The notes beneath the pieces were generated by a model. The model worked only from the letters and a program-made list of their open reading frames with translations, was not told the DNA's origin and did no database searches. Both the position numbers and the translations under genes were made by a program. Shown piece after piece: positions 48,979 through 61,397 of a stretch of DNA of 64,000 nucleotides. This stretch comes from Malacoraja senta. Lineage: Eukaryota. Position 1 is the first letter of the stretch. The number at the start of each line of letters is the position of its first letter. The stretch is taken from NCBI GenBank assembly GCA_038087875.1, contig JAXLNO010000385.1, forward strand, positions 1-64,000, in the 5' to 3' direction.

Positions 48979-51507
48979 TAGACAATAGACAATAGACAAT
49001 AGACAACAGGTGCAGGAGTAGGCCATTTGGCCCATAGAGCCAGCACCACCATTCAATGTGATCATGGCTGATCATCCACAATCAGTTCCCCATTCCTGCC
49101 TTCTCCCCATATCCCCTGACTCCGCTATTTTTCAGAGCCCTATCTAGCTCTCTCTTGAAAACATCCATAGAACATCCCTCCTCCATCCAGAGCACTCCAC
49201 AGACTCACCACTCTCTGTGAGAAAAAGTGTTTCTTCGTCTCCGTTCTAAATGGCTTACTCCTTATTTTTAAACTGTGCGTGGCCCCTGGTTCTGGACTCC
49301 CCCAACATCGGGAACATGTTTCCTGCCTCTAGCGTGTCCAAGCCCTTACAATCTGATATGTTTCAATGAGATCCCCTCTCATCGTTCTAAACTCCAGAGT
49401 GTACAATCCCAGCCGCTCCATTCTCTCAGCATATGGCAGTCCCACCATCGCGGGAATTACCCTTGTAAACCTACGCTGGGCTCCGTCAATAGCAAGAATG
49501 CCCTTCCTCAAATTAGGGGACCAAAACTGCGCACAATACTCCACGTGTGGTCTCATTAGGGCTCTGTACAACTGCAGAAGGACCTCTTTGCTCCTATATT
49601 CGATTCCTCTTGTTATAAAGGCCAACATGCAATTCGCCTTCTTCACTGCCTGCTGTACCTGCATGCTTACTTTCATTGACTGATGAACAAGGACCCCCAG
49701 ATCCCGCTGTACTTCCCCTTTTCCCAACTTGTTGCCATTTAATTAGTAATCTGCCTTCCTGTTTTTGCTACTAAAGTGGATAACCTCACATTTATCCGCA
49801 TTAAACTTCATCTGCCATGCATCTGCCCGCTCCACCAACCTGCCCAAGTCACCCTGCATTCGTTGACAACAGGTACATAGTGGTTTGCATCACAGGTAGA
49901 TAAGGTGGTCAAAAATGCTTTCGGCACATTAGCCTTCATCTGTCAGAGCATTGAGTACAGACACCGGGAGGCCATGTTGCAGTTGTATCAGACGCGGGTG
50001 AGGCAGCATTTAGAGTATTATGTTCAGTTGTAGGCACATTGGTATCGGTAAATGGTGTCAAGCTGGAAAGGGCGTCGAGAATGTGTAGGAAAGAACTGCA
50101 GATCTGGTTTTAATCGAAGGTAGACACAAAATGCTGGAGTAACTCAGCGGGTCAGTATGAAGAAGGGTCTCGACCCGAAACGTCACCCATTCCTTCTCTC
50201 CAGAGATGCTGCCTGACCCACCGAGTTACTCCAGCATTTTGTGTCTGATGACTTAGAGAAGATTTACGAGGATGTTGCCAGGACACGATGGCATGATCTA
50301 GAGGAAGAGATATTATCATTGTTATTTTCATTTCAAATGTTCGACATTGAAGGATTACCGCAGGTTCAGTATCCACAATTAATCTCGTCTGTAATGAGCA
50401 CTAATTCCATCTTGTTGCTCTATTTGTCAAGGAGGACTCTCTCTAACTTCTACAGGTGTACAGTAGAGAGCATGTTGACCGGTTGCATCGGGGCTTGGTT
50501 CGGCAACTTGAGCGCCCTGGAGAGGTAAAGACTACAAAAAGTAGTAAACACTGCCCAGTCCATCATCGGCTCTGACCTCCCTTCCATCGAGGGGATCTAT
50601 CGCAGTCGCTGCCTCAAAAAGGCTGGCAGTATCATCAAGGACCCACACCATCCTGGCCACACACTCATCTCCCCGCTACCTTCAGGTAGAAGGTACAGGA
50701 GCCTGAAGACTGCAACGACCAGGTTCAGGAATAGCTACTTCCCCACAGCTACCAGGCTATTAAACCTGGCTCGGACAAAACACTGAACTTTATTAGCCAA
50801 TTAACTGTTATTTGCACTTAATCAGTATATTGATTCATGTGCGTATATATTTATATAATGGTATATGGACACACTGATCTGTTTTGTAATCAATGCCTAC
50901 TATGTTCTGTGTGCTGAAGCAAAGCAAGAATTTCATTGTCCTATCAGGGACACATGACAATAAACTCACTTGAACTTGAACTATCCACGCTGGTAAACAC
51001 GGCAGGTGTAGATGCATTCATTTGTTATTTTTTATCTTAATTTACAGTAGTTAAGTGCCTCTCTCCGGCATTCAATTTAAAGAATAACACATAATGCTGA
51101 AAATTAAAATGTAGCTTCATGTCTGAGAAAGGGGTTGTTGGGGTAACTGTGCTGTGCCCTTCGCTCAGTGGGGAATATTAGTTCCAGCCGGTGAACACAA
51201 GTCGAGACTCTGTTCAACCTGCAGTTTATTTTGTAGTGTACTACTTCAGACCAGTCGACAGGTAGATGTGAATTCAAACCCACAGACCAGACAGCAAGGT
51301 CGGTCTGAGAATAAGTGTACAACTCATCAGAATTCCCACATATTCTGCCCGTTATATCCCTCTCATGATCTTCCGCACCTCTATAATATCACCCTTCTTC
51401 CTCCTGCGCTTCAAGGAATAGGGTTCCTGCCTACTCAACCATTCCCCCATGGGCCAGTACCTGGCTGCATCCTTGTAAAATGTATCTGTTAAGTTTCTAG
51501 TTTCTAT

Positions 51508-53105
51508 ATGGGATTATAGAGCACACAGAATTCAACGAAAGCATTTGTGTAAACCTAAAGAAGCTGGGGGTTTATCACTACCTAACTTTACGTATTACTA
51601 CTGGGCAGTGCATATTAAGAACATAATGTACTGGTTGGATAGTTCCACTCACCAGTCGGAGTGGATAAGAATGGAAAAAGAGGAGTGTTTCCCGTACGAT
51701 ATAGGAACGATCTTGTTCTCACCAATAAAATTGAATAATATAATATATAAGAAGAACCCAATTATTCACAATACAATAAGAATTTGGAAACAAGTCAAAT
51801 TATCCTTGAAATTAAATAATCTATCAGTATTAACCCCAATTCTGAATAATCCTGCATTCAAACCATCTCTTATCGACAAAACATATACACAATGGGATAG
51901 ATTGGGGATTGGGAAAGTAGAAGATATGTATGAACTGGGAAAATTGTTATCATTTCAACAATTAAAATTTAAATTTAAACTGAATGATAATCAATATTTT
52001 AAATATATACAGATATGTGACTTTATGAAGAAATATATACATTGATCTCAAACTATATTTTAGACCCTTTAGAAGAAGCAATGAATATTAAGGCTGATTC
52101 AGAAAAACTAATATCATATTTTTATAATAGTATATTAAATAGAGAATTACCCTCAACAGAGGCACTAAGAGAAGATTGGGAACATGAACTAATGATAAAG
52201 ATCCCGAAAGATAGATGGGAAAAGTATCTGATGAATACACATAATTGTTCCATTAATGCAAGACATAATTTAATTCAATTTAAATTATTACATAGACTAT
52301 ATTATTCAAAAACGAGGTTGAATAAATTTTACCCAAATGTCTCTCCCAGATGCGATAAATGTTTGTTTCAAAATGCCAATATAACACATTCATTTGTAGG
52401 ATGTACAAAGTTGAATACATTTTGGAGCGATATATTTGATATATTTACAAAGCTCTTCAAGTCAAGAATAGAACCTAATATGGAATGGATTATATTTGGA
52501 ATAATATTAGAAGATAGCAATTTAAACAAAGACCAAAAAGTATTCTTTAATTATGGGTTAATAATTGGAAAGAAATTGATACTTACATTTTGGAAAAATA
52601 CAGCTATACCAACTATTAAAATGTGGATTAGGAATATGACGGACATAGCACACCTAGAAGTAATGAGACTCCGCCTAATAGATAAATATGACCAATTCTT
52701 AAGGAGTTGGTCCCCTTTCATCGACTTTTTGGAATCATGTGATGCAGCAGTACCGCAAAGATTACTGATTTCAGGTCAGGTCTTGGATAGATTTACATCT
52801 CCAAACAAAGATTTGAAAATTTCTTTTTTAAGGGTCTTTTTCTACTATTTCTACTTTCTATTTTTTCTTTTCTTATATACACACTTCACGTTTTTCTATT
52901 TTCTACTATTTATTTTTCCTCTTTCTTTTCTCTATTTTTTTTTCTTTCTTTTTATTTTTTTATTTTTTACCTCCTTTTCAAAAACATAAAACTAGAGGTT
53001 GTACATAGAATGCATTACGTTATGACATAGTTGGCACCTAAAATTAGGTACCACTGTATTGTTTTGTATTGTATTAACTTCTAATAAAATAAACAAAACA
53101 AAAAA
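51508..53105 (+). mobile_element. L1-clade ORF2 3' fragment with 3' UTR and A-rich tail
   Basis: Same sequence as 47890-48978 but continuing to WSPFIDFL, a T-rich UTR and AATAAA-AAAC tail. Confidence 0.92.
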
Positions 53106-53109
53106 GTTT

Positions 53110-53913
53110 CTAGTTTGGCAAAATTGTTCCAATAACACAGTACCCAGAACTGAACACAATACTCCAAATGCCACCTCACTAATGTCTTATACAACTGCAA
53201 CATGACCTCTATACTCAATACTCTGCCACGTAAAGGCCAATTTGCCAAAAGCCTCTTTGACCATCCGATCTACAGCAACTGTGATTCCACCTTCAAAGAA
53301 CTGTGCACCTGCACTCCAAGATCCCTCTGCTCTACAATTGTACCTAGAGTCCTACCATTCACTGCGTAGACCCCCCCCCCATGTTAGACTTCCCAAAATG
53401 CAATACCTCACATTCTCTGCATTAAATTCCATCAACCATTCCCCAGCACACTTGGCCAATCGATCACGATCCTACTGCAATTAATCACAACCATCTTCAC
53501 TATCTGCAAAACTACCCACTTTTGTATCGTCTGCAAACTTGCTAAACTTGCTCTGATTGTTAAGGGTTTGGACACGCTAGAGGCAGGAAACATGTTCCCG
53601 CTGTTGGGGGAGTCCAGAACCAGGGGCCACAGTTTAAGAATAATGAGTAAGCCATTTAGAAAGGAGACGGGGAACCACTTTTTCTCGCAGAGAGTGGTGA
53701 GTGTGGAATTCTCTGCCTCACAGGGCGGTGGAGGCAGGTTCTCTGGATGCTTTCAAGAGAGAGCTAGATAGGGCTCATAAAGAGAGCGGAGTCAGGGGAT
53801 ATGGGGAGAGGGCAGGAATGGGGTACTGATTGGGGATGATCAGCCATGATCACATTGAATGGCGGTGCTGGCTCGAGGGGTTGAATGGCCTACTCCTGCA
53901 CCTATTGTCTATT
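53110..53913. mobile_element. Old minus-strand CR1 fragment (~53110-53550) abutting a plus-strand CR1 3' end (~53560-53913)
   Basis: CR1 RT-like remnants; GLDTLEAGNMFP..GESRTRGHSL; CTATTGT tail. Confidence 0.8.
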
Positions 53914-54149
53914 GCTTTGTATGTTCTCATCCAAATGTAGATGAGAACCTACAGTGCCTACTGTGCTCCATGGAATAAAGTCCCAAGTGGCGCACCCAAC
54001 CATTTCCTGTTGCTCCGACCCTTGTTTCCGGCACCGTGTTCGAAAATATATTCAAGAGTCAAGTGAAGTCAATAGTGTTTTATTGTCTTATGTCCCGGAT
54101 GGGACAATGAAATTCTTACTTGCCGCAGCACAACAGAATATGCGAACAT

Positions 54150-54906
54150 GTAGTAAAGTAAAAGGTAAAATATCCTTTATTGTCATCCAGACCTTTCGGT
54201 CTGAACGAAATTTCGTGCCTTGCAGTCATACATATAATAAAATTGACAAAAACACACAATAAACACAAATTTAACTTCCACCACAGTGAGTTCACCAGGC
54301 ACCTCCTCGCTGTGATGGAAGGCAAAAGTCTTAAAGTATTTGTCTCTTCCCTCCTTGTTCTCCCTCTGCGCCGAGGCGACCCAGGCCTCCGATGTTGTGA
54401 ACTCCCGCCGGCTGATGGTAAGTAAGACAGTCCCTCGGTAAGTCCCGGGGTGGTCGAAGCTGCCGAATCTGCCGCCCTCCAGTCCAGCGGACGAAGCTGT
54501 TGTTGCGGGAGCTCCGGAAAAACAGGTAACCAACCTGGGACCTGCGAGCTCCCGACGATGTCGTCCACCGGGCCCGCGGCCGAGTCCACTGGTCGGGTCG
54601 CCGCCGCCCGGAACGGCGGAACGCCGCCACAGCTCCGAAGACGGGTCGCCGCCGGAACGCCGCCACAGCCCCGAGGCCGCCAGCTCCGCCATTAGGCCTC
54701 GGCGCAGACGGAGACGGGGGATACGACAATGAAAAGTCGCATCCCCCCGAAAGAAGAGACCAAAAACATGTTTCTCCCCCCCCCCCCACACATACACAAC
54801 CTAATAAACCAAAATTAACTAAAACAGGACAAAAGAAGAAGAAAACAAAAAAAACAGACGGACTGCAGGCGAGCCGCAGCTGCTAAGGCAGCGCCGCCAC
54901 TTCCGG
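54150..54906 (-). mobile_element. Non-coding ~750-bp SINE-like element with a Rex1-type 3' end, nested in a Rex1 3' UTR (~54055-54149 and ~54907-55050)
   Basis: Minus strand starts CCGGAAGTGGCGGCGC and ends AATTTCGTT-CAGACCGAAAGGTCTG-GATGACAATAAA-(TTTTAC)n. ACAT is present on both sides. Second copy at 63735-64000. Confidence 0.7.
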
Positions 54907-55314
54907 ACATACTACATAACGGGGGAAGAGCGAAAAATAAACTTCGACAAATAACAAATATTGTGCAATAATAATGTAGTCTATTGCAGTACAGAGCTCA
55001 GAGCTCTTCCGTTGTTGTGTTTAATAGCCCGATAGCTGTAGGGAAGAAGCCGTACTCTTTAAAAATTCTGCACTCTTCATAAATTAGTCGCATAGTTCAT
55101 AAACATGGTGACGAAAATTAGACACATTACGCAAAGTGCGTCCTCACCAACGTTTTGATCAACTGAACATAACTTTGCAACTTCTAAATTTTACTCACCA
55201 TACTACATCCCTGTTACGTCCCTTTTCTTGGAACCAGGTACTTTTATTCCTAGATCCCCCTGCTCGACAACACTCTCCAGGTAACTACCATTCACGGTGA
55301 AGATCATGCCCTGG

Positions 55315-55811
55315 TTTGGAACCAGACTGATCCCTGGGATGTCAGTACTTTCACATAAAGAAAGACTGGATAGACTCGGCTTGTACTCGCTGGAATTTAG
55401 AAGATTGAGGGGGAATCTTATAGAAACTTACAAAATTCTTAAGGGTTAGGACAGGCTTGATGCAGGAAGATTGTTCCCGATGTTGGGGAAGTCCAGAACA
55501 AGGGGGTCACGGTTTAAGGATAAGGGGGAAGTCTTTTAGGACCGAGATGAGAAAAACATTTTTTACACAGAGAGTGGTGAATCCGTGGAATTCTCTGCCA
55601 CAGAAGGTTGTTGAGGCCAGTTCATTGGCTATGTTTAAGAGGGAGTTAGATGTGGCCCTTGTGGCTAAAGGGATCAGGGGGTATGGAGAGAAGGCAGGTA
55701 CAGGATACTGAGTTGGATGATCAGCCATGATCATATTGAATGGCGGTGCAGGCTCCAAGGGCCGAATGGCCTACTCCTGCACATATTTTCTATGTTTCTA
55801 TGTTTCTATGT
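55315..55811 (+). mobile_element. CR1 LINE 3' end with (TTCTATGT)n tail
   Basis: RLGLYSLEFRRLRG, FFTQRVVN.WNSLP motifs. Confidence 0.9.
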
Positions 55812-55909
55812 CTTCCCAAAATTAAACCCTCACACTTATCTGAAAGAAACATCATTTGCTAATTCTCAGCCACTTTCAAAATTGAAAAGGTTCTTGCTTT
55901 AATTCTTGC

Positions 55910-57235
55910 TAACTACACTCACTGTCTCTGATACCACCTACTTTAGTGTCAACTGCAAACTTAAAAAGTAGGCCCTGTACATTCTCATGGAATTTATTGA
56001 TATAGATGACATATAACATTGAGCCCAGCACCAATTCTGAGATATACTGTATTACCATTCCTTGACCAATGAACAAAACTGTACCAAATGCTGCATTACC
56101 ACTGTCTACTGCTGTTAGCACATTCAGGGAGAAACATAGAAAGAAAGAAAATAGATGCATGAATAGGCCATTCGGCCCTGCGAGTCAGCACCGCCATTCA
56201 ATATGTACTTGAGTGACTATCCAAAATCAGTACCCCGTTCCTGCTTTTCCACCTATCACTTGATTCGTTTATCACCAAGAGATAAATCTAACTCTCTTGT
56301 AAACATACAGTAAATTGGCCTCTACTGCCTTCTGTGGCAGGAAATTCCACAGATTCGCAACTCACTGGGTGAAAAATATTTTCCTCATCTCAGTCCTAAA
56401 TGGCCTTATTCATAAACCGTGACCACCTGGTTCTGGACTACCCCAACATTGAGAACATTTTTCCTGCATCTAGCCTTTCCAATCCCTTCAGAATTTTATA
56501 TGTTTCTATAAGATCCCCTCTCATCTTTTAATATTCTAGTGAATACATGCCCAGTCGACCCATTCTTTCATCTTATGTCAGTCCCACCATTCCGCTAACT
56601 AACCTGGCGAACCTACACTGCACTCCCTCAATAGCAAGAATGCCCTCCTTCAAATTAGGGGACCAAAACTGCACACAATACTCCAGGTGTGGTCTCATCA
56701 GGGCCCTGTTCAACTGCAGTAGGATCTCCTTGCACCTACACTCAAATCCCCTTGCCATATCGTCCAACATGCCATTAGCTTTCTTCACTGCCTACTCTAC
56801 CTGCATGCTTACTTTCAGTGCCTGATGTACAAGGACACCCAGGTCTTGTTGCACCTCTCCTTTTCATAAACTGAAATCATTCAGATAATAGCTGTCGACT
56901 GGGATCCTAATAGCCCTCAATACACAAATGAATTCAAGCGTCGTGTCATTAATTGTATATTTTGCATTTACAATTGATCTCACAAAGTGCAGCATCTCAC
57001 ACTTCCTGAGAATAAACTCCATCTGTGATTACCCCCCACCCCTCCCGTCGTTCTACTTGATCTACATGCCACTGGCCACTGAGACAACCACGCTCACATT
57101 CCACAGCCCCTGCAATCTTGGAGTCATCTGCAAACGTACAAATCAACCGGTGTATATTCACGTCCAAGATATTCGTATGTACCACAAATAGCAGAGGTCC
57201 CAGCACAGTACCCCGTGAATGACTACTTGTCACAA
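55910..57235 (-). mobile_element. Cluster of decayed CR1 fragments (clearest ~56130-56890)
   Basis: KFAVDTKVGG, KKANGML...LEYCVQFWSP, VLGPLLFV...FADDSKI remnants. Confidence 0.8.
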
Positions 57236-57324
57236 AACCCTCTGCTTCTATTTTATCACATTCATGGAGCTATGAACTTGGATCCCAAGATCTCTTTATC
57301 ATCAGTGATATTAAGGGACATGCC

Positions 57325-58068
57325 AATAGAAACACAGAAACATAGAAAATAGGTGCAAGAGAAGTCCATTCGAGCCTGCATCGCCATTCAATATGACCAT
57401 GGCTGATCATCCAACTCAGTATCCTGTACCTGCCTTCTCTCCATACCCCCTGATCCATTTAGCCACAAGGGTCACATCTAACTCCCTCTTAAATATAGCC
57501 AATGAACTGGCCTCAATTACCTTCTGTGGCAGAGAATTCCAGAGATTCACCACTCTCTGTGTGAAAAATTCTGTTCTCATCTCGGTCCTAAAAGACTTCC
57601 CCCTTATCCTTAAACTGTGACCCCTTGTTCTGGACTTCCCCAACATCGGGAACAATCTTCCTGCATCTAGCCTGTCCAACCCCTTAAGAATTTTGTAAGT
57701 TTCTATAAGATCCCCCCTCAATCTTCTAAATTCTAGCGAGTACAAGCCGAGTCTATCCGGTCTTTCTTCATATGAAAGTCCTGACATCCCAGGAATCAGT
57801 CTGGTGAACCTTCTCTGTACTCCCTCTATGGCAAGAATGCATTTCCTCAGATTAGGAGACTAAAACTGTACGCAATACTCCAGGAGTGGTCTCACCAAGA
57901 CCCTGTACATCTGCAGTAGAACCTCCCTGCTCCTATACTCAAATCCTTTTGCTATGAATGCTAACATACCATTCGCTTTCTTCACTGCCTGCTGCACCTG
58001 CATGCCTACTTTCAATGACTGGTGTACCATGACACCCAGGTCTCGTTGCATCTCTCCTTTTCCTAATC
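57325..58068 (-). mobile_element. CR1 LINE 3' portion
   Basis: QRDLGVMVH...LEYCVQF and GLSYEER..RLGLYSLEFRRLRGDLIETYK; CATAGAAA-type tail. Confidence 0.92.
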
Positions 58069-58539
58069 GAAAAGGGGAGATAGATCAGGCACGATTGAAT
58101 GGCGTAGTAGGCTTATTGGGCCGAATGGCCTAATCATGCTCCCGTCACTTATGGCGTTATGACAAAGAGAGTGTGGAATGGGGAGAGGGGGGTGTGTGGG
58201 AGAGGTGACGTGGGGGAGTGTGGGAGAGAAAGGTGGAGAAGTGTGTGAATTGGAGGAATAGGGAGAGAGAGGGCGGTGGAGTATGCGGAGAGATAGAGGG
58301 AGTGTGGGGAGAGTGAGGGAGAGGAGTGCGGGCAGAGAGGGGGAATTGGGGTGGGGAGGAATGCGGGGAGAGAGTGGTGGGGAGGAATGCGGGGAGAGAG
58401 AATGGGAGCAGTGGCGAGTGTGGGAATAAAGAAGGAGTGTGGGGATGGAGTGTGGGAGAGTGGGGAGAGAAGGGGTGGGGGGGAGAGAGGGGGGGAGGTG
58501 TGTGGGGAGAGAGATTGGAGGAGAGTGGTAAGAGAGTGG

Positions 58540-58665
58540 CGTGTACGAAGGGCCTGTTTCCGCGCTGTATCTCTAAACTAGACTAGTGTGTGAACGGGTG
58601 AGCGCTGGTCGGCACGGACTCGGTGGGCCGAAGGGCCTGTTTCCGCGCTGTATCCCTGAAGTAAA
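58540..58665 (+). mobile_element. Two tandem HE1-like SINE/CR1 3' tails
   Basis: CGAAGGGCCTGTTTCCGCGCTGTATC occurs twice (about 58546 and 58629). Confidence 0.6.
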
Positions 58666-58850
58666 AAGGGAAAATGTGAAGCAGGGAGAGGAGGGGGAAA
58701 GTGTGGGGCTGTTTCAAGATGGCCGACTTTTACCTCCTGTTCCCAGCGGAGCGCGACACCTCCCACCGTATCCACGAAAAATCACCACCCCCCCCCTTAT
58801 CCAGTGTCCCCATTATGGTCATTATCTACACTGGCCGTGGTGTTTCAAAT

Positions 58851-59921
58851 CAGAGAGAGAGGGGAGAGAGACAAGTGAGAGAGATAGAGAGAGAGGGGGG
58901 AGCGATGCCAGAGAGAGAGAGAGGGGGGGAGAAAAAGTAGACGGAGAGCGGAGGAGAGGGAGGGGGAGGGGGAGTGGGAAAGAGGGGGGGATATAGGGAG
59001 ATGCGGGAGAGAGAGGGGGAGAGTGAGAGTAGGGATAGAGAGGGTGGCGGAGAGGGAGAGGGGAGAGAGAGGTGCCAGAGAGAGTGTGGGAGAGAGAGGA
59101 GGGTGAGGGGTGAGGGAGAGGGGGGAGGGAAGAGAGAGTGGAGATAAATAGAGTGAGAGAGTGTTGGGCAGAGAGAGGTGGGGAGAGAGATGTGGGGAGA
59201 GAGGGGGGGAGAGAGATAGCGGGAGAGAGGGGGTGAGAGAGTGGAGAGAGAGGGTGGGGAAGGAAAGAGAGGGGGAGTGAGAGAGAGGGGGAAGAGAGAG
59301 AGGGGGAATAGAGAGAGGGGAGAGATAGGGGTAGAGAGAGGCTGGAAGAGAGAGCGGGGGACAGAGAGGGCGGAGAGAGAGAGCGGGGCGGAAAGAGAGA
59401 GGAGGAAGAGAGAGAGAGTGAGGGCGGCACAGTGAGGGGGGAGAGAGGGGGAGAGCGAGACGGGGAGAGTGGTGATGGAGAATGGGGTGAGGAGGGAGAG
59501 AGGAGGGAGAGAGGGGGTAGAGAGTGAGTGAGGGCGGCGAGAGAGGGAGTCGAGTGAGAGGTGGAGAGGGAGAGGGGGAGAGAGAGGGGGTCGAGTGAGA
59601 GGTGGAGAGAGAGAGGGGGAGAGGGGGGGAGAGAGGGGTGAGAGAGGGTTGTGTGAGAGAGGGGGAGAAAGAGAGAGCGATAGGGTAGAGACAGAGGGGG
59701 GAGAGGGGGCAGAGGGGAGAGAGATGGGGAGAGAGCTAGAGGGGGAAGGAAAGAGGGCGAGAGAGAGATGGGGAGAGAGAGACGGGGAGAGAGAGAGAGA
59801 GAGAGAGAGAGGGGGGAAAGGAAAGAGAGGGGGAGAGAAAGAGAGGGGGAAAGGAAAGAGATGGGAGAGAGGGGAGAGAGAGGGGAGAGGGAGAGGGGGG
59901 AAAGAAAGAGGGGGAGAGAGA
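58851..59921 (+). repeat. GA-rich low-complexity purine tract (a similar tract lies at ~58165-58535)
   Basis: Seen directly. Confidence 0.93.
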
Positions 59922-60131
59922 GTTTGGGCCCTGTTTTAAGATGCCCGACTTTTTCCTCCTGTTCCCAGCGGAGGGCGACAAAATGGACGTTTCCCCCTGT
60001 ATCCACAAAAAATCACTCCCACCCCCTTATCTAGAGGCCCCATGATGGTCAACGTATACACAGTCAGAGCCTGGAGCGGAGAGACTGCGGCCACCTCTGG
60101 GATGCGATCAGGGCGCGAATTTATCAATGCG

Positions 60132-61015
60132 CTAGGGCACTGAGGTGAACGGGTATTTCACCGCTCTCTTCACCTGCTCCCTGAACTTGGACTGGGTCGC
60201 CGCGTAAATAAATGTGTTCGTGCAGCAGCTGAAATTCCTCAGCAAATACCCGACGTAGGCAAAGAGATATTGAGGATAATTCATATCATTTCCAATTTCT
60301 GTTATCTGATAATAGACGAAGTTTACAACAAACGTCAGCCACAGGAGGATGAAGCTGCCGGAGATGGCGACGAGTAAAACCACAGACCTCCTCCTGCTCT
60401 CCATCTCCGGGTCGCTGCGGTTTTCCCCCTTGCTCTCACCCCTCAGCCCCTTACGGACCCGACTGGTCACTAAAATGTGGCGGACTGTCAGAGCGTTGAG
60501 GAGCAGGATTGCAGCGAAAGGGAGGAGCGGAGTTAAAGCCGTGTCGAGCCAGTCAAATGCCACCCACCCGGGGTCAGTGAAATAACTGTCCACCGTGCTA
60601 CAGCCCCACGGGACACTGTCGATGATTGTCCGGGGTTCCTTTGTGAAGTAGCGGGGAACATTTTTCAGACAGAGCAGAACGCCGGCTGTTGCCAGAACCG
60701 CAGCCGCCGTTTTCCCGGTGCAATAGTTAGTTTTCAGCTTCTGGCAACAAATGGCGACAAACCGATCAAAGGTGAAGGTGACGGTGAACCAGACCGAACA
60801 GTCGGTAGATGCAAACGCCAGTACATCGATAACACTGCACACAGGGGTGCTGGACAGGAAACTCCAATAAAAGTAATTAAACCGGAGCCAATTCAAAATA
60901 ACCTCGTTGATAAGGACCAGTAGATCGGCCGCTGTCATGGCCACCAGGTAGCGGGTGGTGCAGGTGGAGAGGCCGCACTTTCCCCGGGACAGGATCACAA
61001 TCGCCACGAAATTCA
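60132..61015 (-). CDS. Class A orphan GPCR, GPR139/GPR142-like, paralog 2, main coding exon (first exon not identified)
   Basis: Open 7TM frame: VNFVAIVILSRGKCGLS, MTAADLL, TFTFDRFVAIC, LTPLLPF, FILLW, CTNTFIY. Phase-1 CAG acceptor at 61016-61018, at the same codon as in paralog 1. Confidence 0.9.
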
Positions 61016-61397
61016 CTGCGGGAAGAGAAGGGAACAGACACTGGGCATTACTGAACACGTTCTAAACACCGGTTCGACTTTCAGCTCAAGATCGGGAGTG
61101 TTGGAGTCGGTGCGTGGCTGCTGCAAGTTTAACAATGTCAGACCTGGCTCCGACTCTGCCCGACCTATCTCAGATGAGAATAAAGAAGGCGACGGGCTGG
61201 GTAAAGGGCGAGGAGGGAACGAACAGCCACCCGCTACAACAGGCGAAATCGTCTTTTCTATAGTTAACCCTGCTCACAGTTTCTGATGAGGCCGGTTTCA
61301 CGGACTTAACCGTGACCGGCCGCGTTTAACCCGGGCTCTGGGAACTCGGCATCTGATGGGGAGAGGACGGTTCCAGAGGGAAGGCAGGGACAAATTA

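Larger units (their letters stand above)
45361..52596. repeat. Near-identical tandem duplication, unit ~3.6 kb (copy 1 ~45361-48976, copy 2 ~48977-52596)
   Basis: ORF track repeats at a constant offset of 3618 (e.g. 45657/49275, 47927/51545). About seven differences noticed by eye. Confidence 0.97.

Noticed and set aside
60108..60134. Possible premature stop in GPCR paralog 2 (TAG then RIDKFAP-stop)
   Set aside because: It falls after TM7 and helix 8 and removes at most 8 residues; insufficient to call a pseudogene.
61283..61325. CTGATGA followed by a 12-bp bulged hairpin (GGCCGG..TCACGG/CCGTGACCGGCC)
   Set aside because: The hairpin is real but is followed by GCGT rather than GAAA, so the hammerhead core is incomplete.
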